Of a stretch of DNA of 28,903 nt, positions 8,112 through 18,146 are shown in pieces (position 1 is the stretch's first letter; the number at the start of each line of letters is the position of its first letter). Origin of the DNA: a virus (Duplodnaviria > Caudoviricetes); the IMG/VR virus record IMGVR_UViG_3300020043_005335, positions 1 to 28,903 of that record; one strand, 5' to 3'. The notes under the pieces are model-generated. The model was not told the origin of the DNA. It was given only the letters and a program-made list of their open reading frames with translations, and did no database searches. A program made the position numbers and the translations under genes.

Positions 8112-9201
8112 GCGGTTCATTGTAAACGAGGGAGGGAGTAGGAGTTCAAAGACCTACAGCCTGTGTCAGTTGGTGATAGTCTACTGCCTGCAGAATAAAG
8201 GCAAGGTAGTATCTATTATTAGAAAGACTTTCCCTGCATTAAGGGCAACAGTATTAAGAGACTTTACGGAGATACTCAAAGACCTTGGTATATACTCACT
8301 TGAAGCCCACAACAAGTCTGAGCAGATATACACCTTCCCCAATGGATCCATGGTGGAATTTTTCAGTGTGGATGATGAGCAGAAGATTAGAGGTAGGAAG
8401 CGTGACATAGCTTGGTGCAACGAAGCCAATGAGCTGTACTTCGATGACTTCACTCAGCTCAACATGAGGACCGAGCATAAACTAATCTTTGACTACAACC
8501 CATCAGACAACAGCTCATGGTTGTATGAGCTACCTGCTGAGGATACGGTGATGATACGGTCCACCTACAAGGACAACCCATTCCTGCCTCAGTCTATCCG
8601 GAACCAAATAGAGGACCTCAAGAGAACGGATGAGGCACTGTACCAAATCTATGCCTTAGGGCAGAAGGCAGTGAGCAAGAGTAACATCTACTCCAACTGG
8701 ACCTTCATGACTCACAGGCCTGCAAGGTTCACCTCCTATGTGTATGGCCTTGACTTTGGGTACAACCACCCCACTGCACTCATGAGGGTGTATTGGCATG
8801 AGAGGGACATCTTCATTGAGCCTGTTATCTATGAGAGCTACCTGACCACCACCATGCTCATTGAGAAGATGAGACAGCTCAACATTGAGAAGGAGGTCAC
8901 TATCCTGGCTGACTATGCACGTCCGGAGATAATTGCAGAGATGGTCAACAGTGGGTACGATGTGATCAATGCTAACAAGGTAGTCAAGAAAGGCATCGAC
9001 TACGTTAAGACCTTCGGGGTGTACTGCATGGAGAACAAGGAGATAAAGAGGGAGTATGACAACTACAAGTGGAAGAAGATAGGAGACCACATCACGGATG
9101 AACCTGTCAAGCTCTTCGATGATGCCATGGATGCGGTGAGGTATGCAGTGACATACATCAAGGATGAGTACTTCACTGACAGTGCGTATGTCTCCTTCTA
9201 A
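8053..9201 (+). CDS. terL: Terminase large subunit (PBSX/SPP1-like family)
   Basis: EGGSRSSKT Walker A, WCNEANE Walker B, DYNP, STYKDNPFL, GLDFGYNHP, DDAMDAVRY. Confidence 0.95.
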   Translation: MELKSTVIFQKNHQALQGPERFIVNEGGSRSSKTYSLCQLVIVYCLQNKGKVVSIIRKTFPALRATVLRDFTEILKDLGIYSLEAHNKSEQIYTFPNGSMVEFFSVDDEQKIRGRKRDIAWCNEANELYFDDFTQLNMRTEHKLIFDYNPSDNSSWLYELPAEDTVMIRSTYKDNPFLPQSIRNQIEDLKRTDEALYQIYALGQKAVSKSNIYSNWTFMTHRPARFTSYVYGLDFGYNHPTALMRVYWHERDIFIEPVIYESYLTTTMLIEKMRQLNIEKEVTILADYARPEIIAEMVNSGYDVINANKVVKKGIDYVKTFGVYCMENKEIKREYDNYKWKKIGDHITDEPVKLFDDAMDAVRYAVTYIKDEYFTDSAYVSF

Positions 9202-9228
9202 ACAGATGAGAACATTAAGACAATATAA
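9201..9228 (+). promoter_or_regulatory. Putative late promoter copy 2: AACA-N15-ACAATATAA, ATG at 9231
   Basis: Occupies the whole intergenic gap after terL. Confidence 0.8.
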
Positions 9229-9230
9229 GT

Positions 9231-10709
9231 ATGGCAGTATCTCTAATAGCTAAACCCTACACCCTCACCCCTGCATACAACGAGGTGAAGTTCATCCATG
9301 ACTCCACCAACAAGAACCTGCAGGGCTTCAAGTATATCTATGACATCTATGAGAGCGGTACCACTAACAAGATAGCTGAGTACCGGGTGCTACCTGTGTA
9401 CAGCACTGGCTATGGTGAGGTGGACCTATCGAAGCTCTTGCAGTCCTATGTGAGCTATGACTTGAACCTGACCAACACAACGGTCTACAACGCAACCAAC
9501 AGCCACTACAAGTACGATGTCAAGGTAGGTGAGGAGTATCTGACCACCACCACCTACACTGCTGCACTCACTCAGTACCTGGTAGCTCCCTACGTTGGAA
9601 GGGTACAGATAAACGTGGCTAACACCTTCGCTGTGGGTGATCAGATTAACATCACGCAGATAGGTGTGGGTGTAGCCAACCCGAGCATGGAGGGGCTGTT
9701 CACTGTGGTAGTAGCTAACCCTGCCTTCATTGTGGTGAATGTACTATGGTCCACCATTGTGAACCCTAACAAGGACGGAGCCATCACCTATGCAGATGGC
9801 AGGAGAACAGTGACCCGAGACTTGCACCTTGACCTCAATCAGTATGTGTTCAATGGTGCCATCCGTTGGGTAGATATGCCTGCATACGATTGGCAGGACT
9901 TCATGCTGAACAACGTAACAGATAGACTACTGACCAACCAACCTGAAGGTACTACCCGACTACCATACTTCAACGCTACGCTGTCTCAGGATGTATGGCT
10001 CAACGCTGTTGCCAATGGAAGCCCAGGAGGTGCTGACTTCGTTTACTTTGTCAATGACATAGGTGATATACTTAGGAAGTCAGTCAATGCCTCTGACCAT
10101 GTGAGTGGTATCTCGGTAGGTCCTAACAACCATGGTACTCTTACATTGGTAGCAGGTACAGCTCCATTGATTAAGCCTACCACTGAGTGGTACTATGTGT
10201 ACTACTTCCGAGCAGGGCAGGTGTCAAGGCCTTACTACATCGGCATAGATAGAAGGGTGAGAGACATTGAGTATGACATCCTATTCCTTGACCGCATGGG
10301 TTCCTGGAGTAGCTTTGCCTTCACAGGTAGATCCTATGAGAAGGGCAACATCACACGTACTCAGTACAACAAGGATGTGCAGGGCTATGTAACAGGTAGC
10401 CGATGGACCTACAACCTACAGGATAGAGGCTTCCTCAACACCCACATCACAACTGATACCACCCTTGACCTCAACACCAACTGGATGACTGAGCAGATGG
10501 CTGAGTACTTCGTGGAGCTGTTGAGCTCACCTGAGACCTACATCAAGGTAGCTGACTACAGCAATGCCTGTGATGCACCCATCAGCACTGACTACGTGAG
10601 CTGTAATATAGTGACCTCAAGCTATGAGGTATATCAAAAAAGAAACAAGCATTTAATTAAGCAGAGCATTCAAGTGAAGCTCGCTAACAACAACATAGTC
10701 AATGGTTAG
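9231..10709 (+). CDS. Virion structural protein (putative distal tail/baseplate component)
   Basis: Thr/Val/Tyr-rich beta composition; FLDRMGSWSSFAF and LNTNWMTE..ELLSSPE motifs; position in tail block. Confidence 0.6.
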   Translation: MAVSLIAKPYTLTPAYNEVKFIHDSTNKNLQGFKYIYDIYESGTTNKIAEYRVLPVYSTGYGEVDLSKLLQSYVSYDLNLTNTTVYNATNSHYKYDVKVGEEYLTTTTYTAALTQYLVAPYVGRVQINVANTFAVGDQINITQIGVGVANPSMEGLFTVVVANPAFIVVNVLWSTIVNPNKDGAITYADGRRTVTRDLHLDLNQYVFNGAIRWVDMPAYDWQDFMLNNVTDRLLTNQPEGTTRLPYFNATLSQDVWLNAVANGSPGGADFVYFVNDIGDILRKSVNASDHVSGISVGPNNHGTLTLVAGTAPLIKPTTEWYYVYYFRAGQVSRPYYIGIDRRVRDIEYDILFLDRMGSWSSFAFTGRSYEKGNITRTQYNKDVQGYVTGSRWTYNLQDRGFLNTHITTDTTLDLNTNWMTEQMAEYFVELLSSPETYIKVADYSNACDAPISTDYVSCNIVTSSYEVYQKRNKHLIKQSIQVKLANNNIVNG

Positions 10710-13560
10710 GATACAACTACCTACAGGCTACCTTGACGTGAAGGAGGGCACTGCCTTCCCTTTGAACTTTCAGGTAGGAGACATCAGAGATATATCACAA
10801 CGGAAGGGTAACTTCTCAAAGACCATCAAGCTCATTGGTAGCAAGAACAACAACAGGCTGCTCAATCAGTACTATGATGTGAACATCCAGGCAGGGACCT
10901 TCAACATCAACACCTTGACTACCTGCTCGGTCATACAGGATGGTATCCCCATCATGGAGAATGTATCGATGCAGTTGACCAACGTGGTCAAGGTACAGGA
11001 TACATCAGGCTATGAGGAGAGCGTTGAGTATGAGGTCCTAGTTAAGGAGAGCAAGGCTGATTTCTTTACGGCCATTGGTAACCTTGAGTTGACAGATATA
11101 GACTTCAGTGACCTCAACCATACATACGATGCATTCAATGTACGAAATAGGTTTACCAATACGGTAGCCAATGGCTTCAAGTATTTCCTACCTGGTAGTG
11201 GTGATGCCTTCTACAGCACCAATGAATTCAAGCCTGCCATCTTTGCTAAGACCTACATGGACCGTATTTTTGGAAATGCAGGGTTTCAATATAACTGGTC
11301 AGGGTTAACTGCTGCAAGGTTTGACAAGTTGATCATCCCCTACAACGGAGACATTGACAACTTTGACTACAATGACTACATGGTCAAGGCTGAGAAGACC
11401 ACACCCTTCACGTTGACGGGAGATACATCGGTAGATGGTTACACTAACATCCCATTTGTACCAGGTGCCCCCATCAATGCATGGACTGAGACGGAGGACC
11501 CTCAGAACATATACAACCCTGTCACGGGAGTATACACCACTCCCTTCAACATCAGCAGTAACAACGCACAGGAGTACACCTACACGGTGCAGATTAGGTA
11601 CAGGCTTGACCTCATCAATCCAACGGGTGCAACCATCTTCAGTGCTAAGCCTAACAATGCAAGTATCCAAAATCCTAACCCTGTTTTCTACAGGCCCGGT
11701 CTTATTGTTCAAGGGACGGGTGCAGGTAGCCCTGCATTTGTAGGTCAATCATTATACAATAACCCTAACCCGTTAAGTCCTGCTGTAAACACTGCAGTAC
11801 AGTGTCCGTTGACCATAGCACCAGGTACCACTACGGTGTTGAGTCAGACGGTGGTGGCAACATTACCCGTTACATCAGTCAACTTCCAACAGCTAAGTAG
11901 CTGCAGGTTATATGCTGTAGTGACTCAACCATTTCATATTCCTGCAGGTCAATCGGGTACAGGTACCTGTTGGAGAGTTGGAAGTATTACAGGTGTCGAA
12001 GCTCCAGGTGTGAGGGTTGACATGATCATTGACTCTATCTACTTGACCATTGTGCCTAACAATAACATTGTGGCCATTGGTGGTACCTTGGAGGTCAATG
12101 ACTACATACCTAAGAAGATAAAGCAAAGCGACTTCGTTAAGGCTATATTCAATATGTTCAACCTCTATGCTGAGGTAGACAAGGTACAGCCGAACCTCAT
12201 CAACCTCATCCATCGTGATGACTACTATGACTCAGGTACAGAGGTGGACTGGACCTACAAGTTAGCCAAGGACCAAGAGCAGGAGCTGTCATTCCTACCT
12301 GAGCTCACAAGCAAGAAGCTCATCCTCACCTATGCACCGGATAAGGATAGCCCCAATGAGACCTACACCAATGCGACCAACCAAATCTATGGGCAGGCTG
12401 AGGTAGTGTTTGACAACGAGTATGTGAAGGAGGTAACTACTAAGACCGTGCTATTCGGTCCTACACCTGTGATACGTACCCCCTTCAATGCATACGTGCC
12501 AATGATTAGCGGTGCTGCACCCAAGACTAACCTACGCATCCTGTATGATAGTGGTGTTATGAAAACCTGCAACGCTTACAACATCTATGACTATGGTGTG
12601 GTAGGTCAACCCGGGTTAGTGACCTATCCCTATGTAGGCCACTTCGATGACCCATTGCTCCCTACCTTTGATATTAACTTTGCGACCTGTTCCTTCTACT
12701 ACTACAACCCTACAAGTCTAACAGAGAATAACCTCTACAATAGATACTGGAGGAGAACCATGGGGCAGATAAACAATGGTAAGATGTTGACTGCTATGTT
12801 CAACCTCACTGAGAGCGACATTCAAAAAATGAAGCTCAATGATAAGATTAGGATTGACAACTCATGGTGGAACATCAACAAGATAATTGACTATGATGCC
12901 AATGCTAACAAACTCACAAAGGTAGAGCTCATCAGCATAGATACAGAGATAGACTTCATGCCATTCGTACCTGGTTTCAATGAGCCTGGTATTGGACTGC
13001 CTAACGTTGGGCCTATCCAACAGGTAGCTAACAACACCGTTATCAAGCAGAAGAGTGCCTATGCTAACGTGACAGGTGAGGGAGGTATGCAAGGTGAGAT
13101 AATTGGTAAGGGCAATGTAGTACCTCCAGGGTTTAAGACATTGATAGTAGGTGATGGGTACGATGTTACCTCTGATGGTATAGTGGTTGACAACCTTGTG
13201 GTGCGTAATAGCTACAACGGGGTGCCGGTTGACAACACACCTAAGAGATACACAGCCAACCTAACACAGGCAGGGATAGCTAACCCTACCGCATACATCA
13301 TGGAGGGTAGCTTCGGAAGTATCACATGGGTAAGGATAGCACAGGGGCAGTATTGGGGATACCTTGACCAGTATGACCCACTGACACCGCTGACTGAGCT
13401 ATCTGTTATGATTAGCAGTAACATCTTTGATGGGTTAATCACTGCACAATACCTACCTGCCAACCAGGTGATTGAGGTATTCACCACACAGATAGGGGTA
13501 GGATTGGTAGATGGCTACCTGAATAGTACAACAATAATGATATATTACTTCCCACAATAA
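10702..13560 (+). CDS. Large tail protein (putative baseplate hub/central fibre)
   Basis: 952 aa; DIRDISQRKGNFSKTIKL N-terminus, KQSDFVKAIFNMFNL; beta-rich central region. Confidence 0.65.
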   Translation: MVRIQLPTGYLDVKEGTAFPLNFQVGDIRDISQRKGNFSKTIKLIGSKNNNRLLNQYYDVNIQAGTFNINTLTTCSVIQDGIPIMENVSMQLTNVVKVQDTSGYEESVEYEVLVKESKADFFTAIGNLELTDIDFSDLNHTYDAFNVRNRFTNTVANGFKYFLPGSGDAFYSTNEFKPAIFAKTYMDRIFGNAGFQYNWSGLTAARFDKLIIPYNGDIDNFDYNDYMVKAEKTTPFTLTGDTSVDGYTNIPFVPGAPINAWTETEDPQNIYNPVTGVYTTPFNISSNNAQEYTYTVQIRYRLDLINPTGATIFSAKPNNASIQNPNPVFYRPGLIVQGTGAGSPAFVGQSLYNNPNPLSPAVNTAVQCPLTIAPGTTTVLSQTVVATLPVTSVNFQQLSSCRLYAVVTQPFHIPAGQSGTGTCWRVGSITGVEAPGVRVDMIIDSIYLTIVPNNNIVAIGGTLEVNDYIPKKIKQSDFVKAIFNMFNLYAEVDKVQPNLINLIHRDDYYDSGTEVDWTYKLAKDQEQELSFLPELTSKKLILTYAPDKDSPNETYTNATNQIYGQAEVVFDNEYVKEVTTKTVLFGPTPVIRTPFNAYVPMISGAAPKTNLRILYDSGVMKTCNAYNIYDYGVVGQPGLVTYPYVGHFDDPLLPTFDINFATCSFYYYNPTSLTENNLYNRYWRRTMGQINNGKMLTAMFNLTESDIQKMKLNDKIRIDNSWWNINKIIDYDANANKLTKVELISIDTEIDFMPFVPGFNEPGIGLPNVGPIQQVANNTVIKQKSAYANVTGEGGMQGEIIGKGNVVPPGFKTLIVGDGYDVTSDGIVVDNLVVRNSYNGVPVDNTPKRYTANLTQAGIANPTAYIMEGSFGSITWVRIAQGQYWGYLDQYDPLTPLTELSVMISSNIFDGLITAQYLPANQVIEVFTTQIGVGLVDGYLNSTTIMIYYFPQ

Positions 13561-15758
13561 TGAATAGCGTAGAGATTCCATTAAAGGTCCAAGGTATTGG
13601 GCAGATAAGAGCAGAACTAAAAGCCTTAAAGAGTGAGTTAGCCAATGCTACCGACCCTCAAGAGATGGCAAGGCTTGCTGCACAGGCAGGGGTTTTGAGT
13701 GATAAGCTGAAGGATGCCAATGAGAAGGCGGCAGTGTTTGCCACAGGCTCCAAGTATCAGCAGTCCAGGAATGCATTTAGATCCATGAAGGATGACCTCA
13801 TGGAGCTTGACTTCGAGGGAGCACAGGAGAAGGCTAAGATATTTGCAACCACCTTGGGGAGCATCAACCCTAAGGAGCTCGGTAAAGGTTTCGGTCAGTT
13901 GATGGGTACCATGAAAACCTTGGGCGGGGCCTTCATGAAGTTAGGGATGCAGATATTGGTTAACCCTATCTTCCTCATTGTGGCTGCAGTGGTTGCTATT
14001 GTTGCCATCATTGTGGTACTCATGAAAAAGTTCGGCATACTTGAGCAGGTATTGAAGATAACCATGATGCCACTCAATATGTTGATTGCAGGCTTTGAGG
14101 CACTGACCGATTGGTTAGGACTTACCACCAACGCATTGGATAAGAATGCTGAAGCAGCTAAGGCAGCCAACGAGAAAACAGCGGAAAGTAGCAAGGAAAG
14201 GTCTGAACTGATTGCTGAAAGCTATGACCATGAGATAGCCATGGCTAAGTTAGCAGGTAAGGATACCACCAAGATGGAACTTGAAAAGAGTAAGATGCTC
14301 AGCCGAGAAGCTAACAAAAGGAAGGAGGCAGCCAAGAAAGAACTTGAGGCACTTGCATACGATAGGAGTGAGGATGCTATGAAGCGAAAGAAAGAACTTC
14401 AGAAGCAAATCAATGATGAGAACAAGATACTCCGACAAGGTGCTAATGAAAGGAAGTTGATTGAAGCACAGGATAAAAAAGAGGAAGAGGATAAAGCAAA
14501 AGAGGCGGCACAAAAGGCTAAGGAGGCAGCAGAAAAAGCCAAGGCAAAACGGGAGAAGGATGCACAGGACCGATTGAAAGCAGCTAGAGAGCTCCGTGAC
14601 TTTGAACTTTCACAGATAGAGGATGCAGGGAAGAGAGAGGAAGCCATCACCAGGGAGAAGTATGCACGTCTACTCAATGACCTTAAGAAGGATGAGAGCA
14701 AGAATGCTGCTGAAAAGATAGCGTTCCAAAAGATGTATGAGACTCAGCTACAGCAGGAACTGGATAAGCAGGGTGAAGTACAGAAACAAAAGCTACTTGA
14801 CAATGAAAAGAAAGCCAATGAGGCTATCCTTCAGCTTAAGATAGCACTGATGCCTGAAGGTGAGGCTAAGGAGAAAGCCATGCAGGATGATAAGTACCGT
14901 AAACTCCGTGAGGCTGCCATTGCTGATACCACACTGACCGAGGAGAAGAGGACTGAGATACTTAACCTCTATGACCAACAGAGAATACAGGAGGACCAAA
15001 AGAAAGCAGAGGACAGAGCTAAGCAACAGGCTGCACTTGCATTGTCACTTGAAGATGCAGATACTCAAGCACTCGAAGCATTAAGGGTGAAGTATGAGGA
15101 GGAGCGTAAACTTGCAGAAGGTAACGCTGCTCTATTACTTGAGCTACAGAATAAGTACCTGGATGACCAAGAGAAGATACAACAGGCTGCAGATGCGAGA
15201 CAGGTTGAGGAGGCTAAAAAGAAAAGGGATGCCCTCATCCAAGCAAGCTCCGATATATTCAATGGGGTGAGTAACCTTGCAGGCATGATGATAAAGGACC
15301 AAAAGAAACTTGAGAAGTTCAACAAGGCATCGGCATTGGTACAGATAGGTATTGACACAGCCAAGGCTATCTCTGCATTGGTGGCGGCATCATCAGCTAA
15401 TCCTGCCAATGCCGCCACGTTCGGTGCTGCAGGTGTGGCTCAGTTCGCTACAGGTATCATACAGATAGCTACCAACATAGCCAAGGCTAAGCAGATACTA
15501 TCTTCAGGTGGTACTCCATCAGCAGGTGGTGGAGGTGGTGGCGGTGGAGGCGGTGGTGCTGAAGCAAGTGGATCCGCTGCCCAGGTGATACCTCAAGCGG
15601 CACAACTCTTTGGTCAAGGTAACACATCCGGAACCATGAGTGCAGGAGGTACATCCACTGAGCAGTCAGGCATCACAGTCACAGCGGTGGTGAGTGAGAC
15701 AGCCATGACATCCACACAGAATAGAATTAACAGAATTAACAAGAACGCAGAACTATGA
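13560..15758 (+). CDS. Tape measure protein
   Basis: 732 aa Ala/Lys/Glu-rich helical protein, hydrophobic segment NPIFLIVAAVVAIVAIIVVL, long coiled coil, Gly-rich C-terminus. Confidence 0.75.
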   Translation: MNSVEIPLKVQGIGQIRAELKALKSELANATDPQEMARLAAQAGVLSDKLKDANEKAAVFATGSKYQQSRNAFRSMKDDLMELDFEGAQEKAKIFATTLGSINPKELGKGFGQLMGTMKTLGGAFMKLGMQILVNPIFLIVAAVVAIVAIIVVLMKKFGILEQVLKITMMPLNMLIAGFEALTDWLGLTTNALDKNAEAAKAANEKTAESSKERSELIAESYDHEIAMAKLAGKDTTKMELEKSKMLSREANKRKEAAKKELEALAYDRSEDAMKRKKELQKQINDENKILRQGANERKLIEAQDKKEEEDKAKEAAQKAKEAAEKAKAKREKDAQDRLKAARELRDFELSQIEDAGKREEAITREKYARLLNDLKKDESKNAAEKIAFQKMYETQLQQELDKQGEVQKQKLLDNEKKANEAILQLKIALMPEGEAKEKAMQDDKYRKLREAAIADTTLTEEKRTEILNLYDQQRIQEDQKKAEDRAKQQAALALSLEDADTQALEALRVKYEEERKLAEGNAALLLELQNKYLDDQEKIQQAADARQVEEAKKKRDALIQASSDIFNGVSNLAGMMIKDQKKLEKFNKASALVQIGIDTAKAISALVAASSANPANAATFGAAGVAQFATGIIQIATNIAKAKQILSSGGTPSAGGGGGGGGGGGAEASGSAAQVIPQAAQLFGQGNTSGTMSAGGTSTEQSGITVTAVVSETAMTSTQNRINRINKNAEL

Positions 15759-16192
15759 TCAGCTTACAGTCAACCATCAACAAGATAGAAGCCTTCTACA
15801 ACTCTCACCTTCAGGTTAAGAAGGTGGGGGCTGACTTCAAGGAGCAGATGACTAACTTCGCTACTAAGGATGAGAAGTATCCCATTGTGTTCATTGTGCC
15901 GGTATCAGTTAGCAACACTGAGAATACTAACATCTTCACGCTTGACATCTACTGCTTTGACATCATCCAAAAGGATAGAGCTAACATCATAACCATCCTG
16001 AGTGATACGCATCAGATACTGATGGACCTGTACAACTATTTCACGTTTAGTAATGACCTCAGCATGGATGTATCAGGGATACCTTCATTCACTGCTTTGA
16101 ACAATGACCTACTTGACTATGCAGCAGGCTACGTCATGACCATTACCTTGGAGGTAGACAACTGGACTGACTGTGATGTTCCGTTACAATAA
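15755..16192 (+). CDS. Putative tail terminator/completion protein
   Basis: 145 aa acidic protein, KYPIVFIVP...FTLDIYCFD...AGYVMTITL pattern; structural block. Confidence 0.5.
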   Translation: MISLQSTINKIEAFYNSHLQVKKVGADFKEQMTNFATKDEKYPIVFIVPVSVSNTENTNIFTLDIYCFDIIQKDRANIITILSDTHQILMDLYNYFTFSNDLSMDVSGIPSFTALNNDLLDYAAGYVMTITLEVDNWTDCDVPLQ

Positions 16193-16219
16193 ACATTTAG
16201 CGTAGCTTTGACAATATAA
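16192..16219 (+). promoter_or_regulatory. Putative late promoter copy 3: AACA-N15-ACAATATAA, ATG at 16222
   Basis: Occupies the whole intergenic gap. Confidence 0.8.
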
Positions 16220-16221
16220 GT

Positions 16222-16854
16222 ATGAGCATACCTAATTGGTGGGGTGATTGGAGGCAGGGGTTGACCCCTCACACTGGCAACCTACAGAGCACAGACCTTA
16301 TCGAATGTACACAGATAGTAGGAGGACAACCTGTGAACACTGTTATCACGGGTCAGCAGATAATCAACGCTGCACCTGGTGGTGGTGGTGGTCCTCAAGT
16401 GTTAGGTTATTCAGGTACGGTAGGAACAGCTACATCAGGTACTTTAATTAACATCTCTAAATCATTGTTAATACCTGCCAATACTTTGACATCAGACTCT
16501 TTGCTTGAGTTATCATGGAGAATTGCAAGGGTATCAGGTAACTTAGGGCAGGTATACAGCAGGCTTTATATAAACCAAACCAATACATTAACAGGTGCAA
16601 GTACAATGAGTGGCATAGTTACCCTTAATGGAGGAGGTATTCAACAGGCTTTATTAGCGCAGAAAAGTATCAGCTGTTCAGGTACATCTTTAAGGTATCA
16701 AAATACAGCTTCAGGTACTGAAAGCACAGCATCCACACTATTATCCTTAACCATTAACCCTGCCTTAAACTATTATTTAATATGGACCACTCAATGTCAA
16801 AATGCTGGAGATGTTGCAGCTGTTGATCAATTTAGAGTATTACTATATGCATAG
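16222..16854 (+). CDS. Putative tail fibre/receptor-binding protein
   Basis: Short N-terminal anchor, Gly5 linker, Thr/Ser/Gly-rich beta C-terminal domain. Confidence 0.55.
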   Translation: MSIPNWWGDWRQGLTPHTGNLQSTDLIECTQIVGGQPVNTVITGQQIINAAPGGGGGPQVLGYSGTVGTATSGTLINISKSLLIPANTLTSDSLLELSWRIARVSGNLGQVYSRLYINQTNTLTGASTMSGIVTLNGGGIQQALLAQKSISCSGTSLRYQNTASGTESTASTLLSLTINPALNYYLIWTTQCQNAGDVAAVDQFRVLLYA

Positions 16855-16984
16855 CGTAACAGTCAACGAGATTACCTACACCTTCACCGAATGGGAGGAG
16901 GTTGATGAGATATACATTCATATATTCACTACTGAGGGTACCACCGTATGTATCCCAAAAGATTTGTTAGATGGCGAGATATAA
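16847..16984 (+). CDS. 45-aa acidic hypothetical protein (start revised to MHSVTVNE...)
   Basis: Overlaps both neighbours by a few nt. Confidence 0.55.
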   Translation: MHSVTVNEITYTFTEWEEVDEIYIHIFTTEGTTVCIPKDLLDGEI

Positions 16985-17423
16985 AAAGGATGGCAATTTT
17001 TACGTCAAGTATCCTACCAGGAGAAAGATGGCAGCAATACTCAAGAGAATAATCATGAGCAAAGGGCTCTTTCAAGAAGGCACATTGATTGAATCAGTGC
17101 GTATCAATGCAAGGGTCACAGGCTTCGCTAAGCTTGAGATAGATATCATTGCCATGTATTACTTTATTTTCCTTAACAACGGAGCTGACCTATGGAATGG
17201 TGGAGTTATCCCTCCTTATGATATTGTGAGAGCATTCCAGGAAGAGATGGTTAACCAGGGAATAACCACAGAAATCTATTCACAGTACACTGAATGGATA
17301 ACTCAAAACTATCCTATGGTTGAGGCGGTTGAGGTATTGGCTAAGGACCAAAAGATTGTTTACAACTTCGTGCCTGTTGACCCTCCTGCAGGGTTCACTG
17401 TTGGTACCCCGTTAGATGTCTAA
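16971..17423 (+). CDS. Putative neck/tail completion protein
   Basis: GTLIESVRI...YFIFLNNG resembles the GxLxxSI...YxxxxxxG pattern of HK97 gp10-like proteins. Confidence 0.5.
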   Translation: MARYKKDGNFYVKYPTRRKMAAILKRIIMSKGLFQEGTLIESVRINARVTGFAKLEIDIIAMYYFIFLNNGADLWNGGVIPPYDIVRAFQEEMVNQGITTEIYSQYTEWITQNYPMVEAVEVLAKDQKIVYNFVPVDPPAGFTVGTPLDV

Positions 17424-18146
17424 CTCTTTTTTCATCCCGAGCATATTAAACACATAGTAAAGCGGTAGCCCTCCTATGGCATCGGACTTGGATAGGTCAC
17501 CATTGCACAGGTTGTATATCAGTAGCTCCCATGACCACTTTGCTGTGTTCTTTTCGGGCTCAGTATCCGGGTCCTCTTCCTCATCATCATAACCCTCCTC
17601 AGGTTCTGGAGGTAGTGGGTCCTCGAATAGGTTGATATAGGTGTTAAGAAACTGCTCACGAAATTTAAGTAAGTCCTTGATAACACCATACACATCAGTG
17701 ATAGGTAGATCAAGTAGCTTCTCAGCTCTTTCTTTGCAGTCATATTCATACGGCTCCCACACTACCTCACCCCATTCATTCTCTTTGGTTTGTCGATAGA
17801 GGATAGCTAAGATGTAGGGTAGGTTGATTAGGTAGCCTTGTATGCAGAAGTAGTCCAGGTCAATGTATTCATAGAGCGTTAGCTTATTGAAAGCCTTCAG
17901 CCTCATCCCCTCTACCTCATGCTTGTAGTTTTTTGAAGGCTCGGAGGTGGACCACTTACAGCTATCCACCAACTCCTGCAGCTCTTCTATGTCAAGCTCA
18001 TCTACATCTATATCGGTGAGTATACTAATGACCTCACTATTGTAGTGGATGGCTCCCTGCTCTTTATCAATCTTCGCTATCTCCGTCCACTCCTCCAGAG
18101 TTACCTCCTTCCAACTGCTTGGGAGCTTGTTGTTTAATTTTTTCAC
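17412..18146 (-). CDS. Hypothetical protein, putative tail assembly chaperone-like (paralog B)
   Basis: 244-aa ORF with GTG start; LPSSWKEVTLEEW, LTLYEYIDLD, ILAILYR. Confidence 0.75.
   Translation of the reverse strand: MKKLNNKLPSSWKEVTLEEWTEIAKIDKEQGAIHYNSEVISILTDIDVDELDIEELQELVDSCKWSTSEPSKNYKHEVEGMRLKAFNKLTLYEYIDLDYFCIQGYLINLPYILAILYRQTKENEWGEVVWEPYEYDCKERAEKLLDLPITDVYGVIKDLLKFREQFLNTYINLFEDPLPPEPEEGYDDEEEDPDTEPEKNTAKWSWELLIYNLCNGDLSKSDAIGGLPLYYVFNMLGMKKELDI

Noticed and set aside
267-15418. Many short minus-strand ORFs in the track (e.g. 267..566, 11305..11748, 14399..14701, 15065..15418)
   Set aside because: Shadows of long plus-strand genes with no motifs or promoter support
15524-15558. 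GGN repeat tract in the tape measure gene
   Set aside because: Ordinary poly-Gly linker with mixed codons
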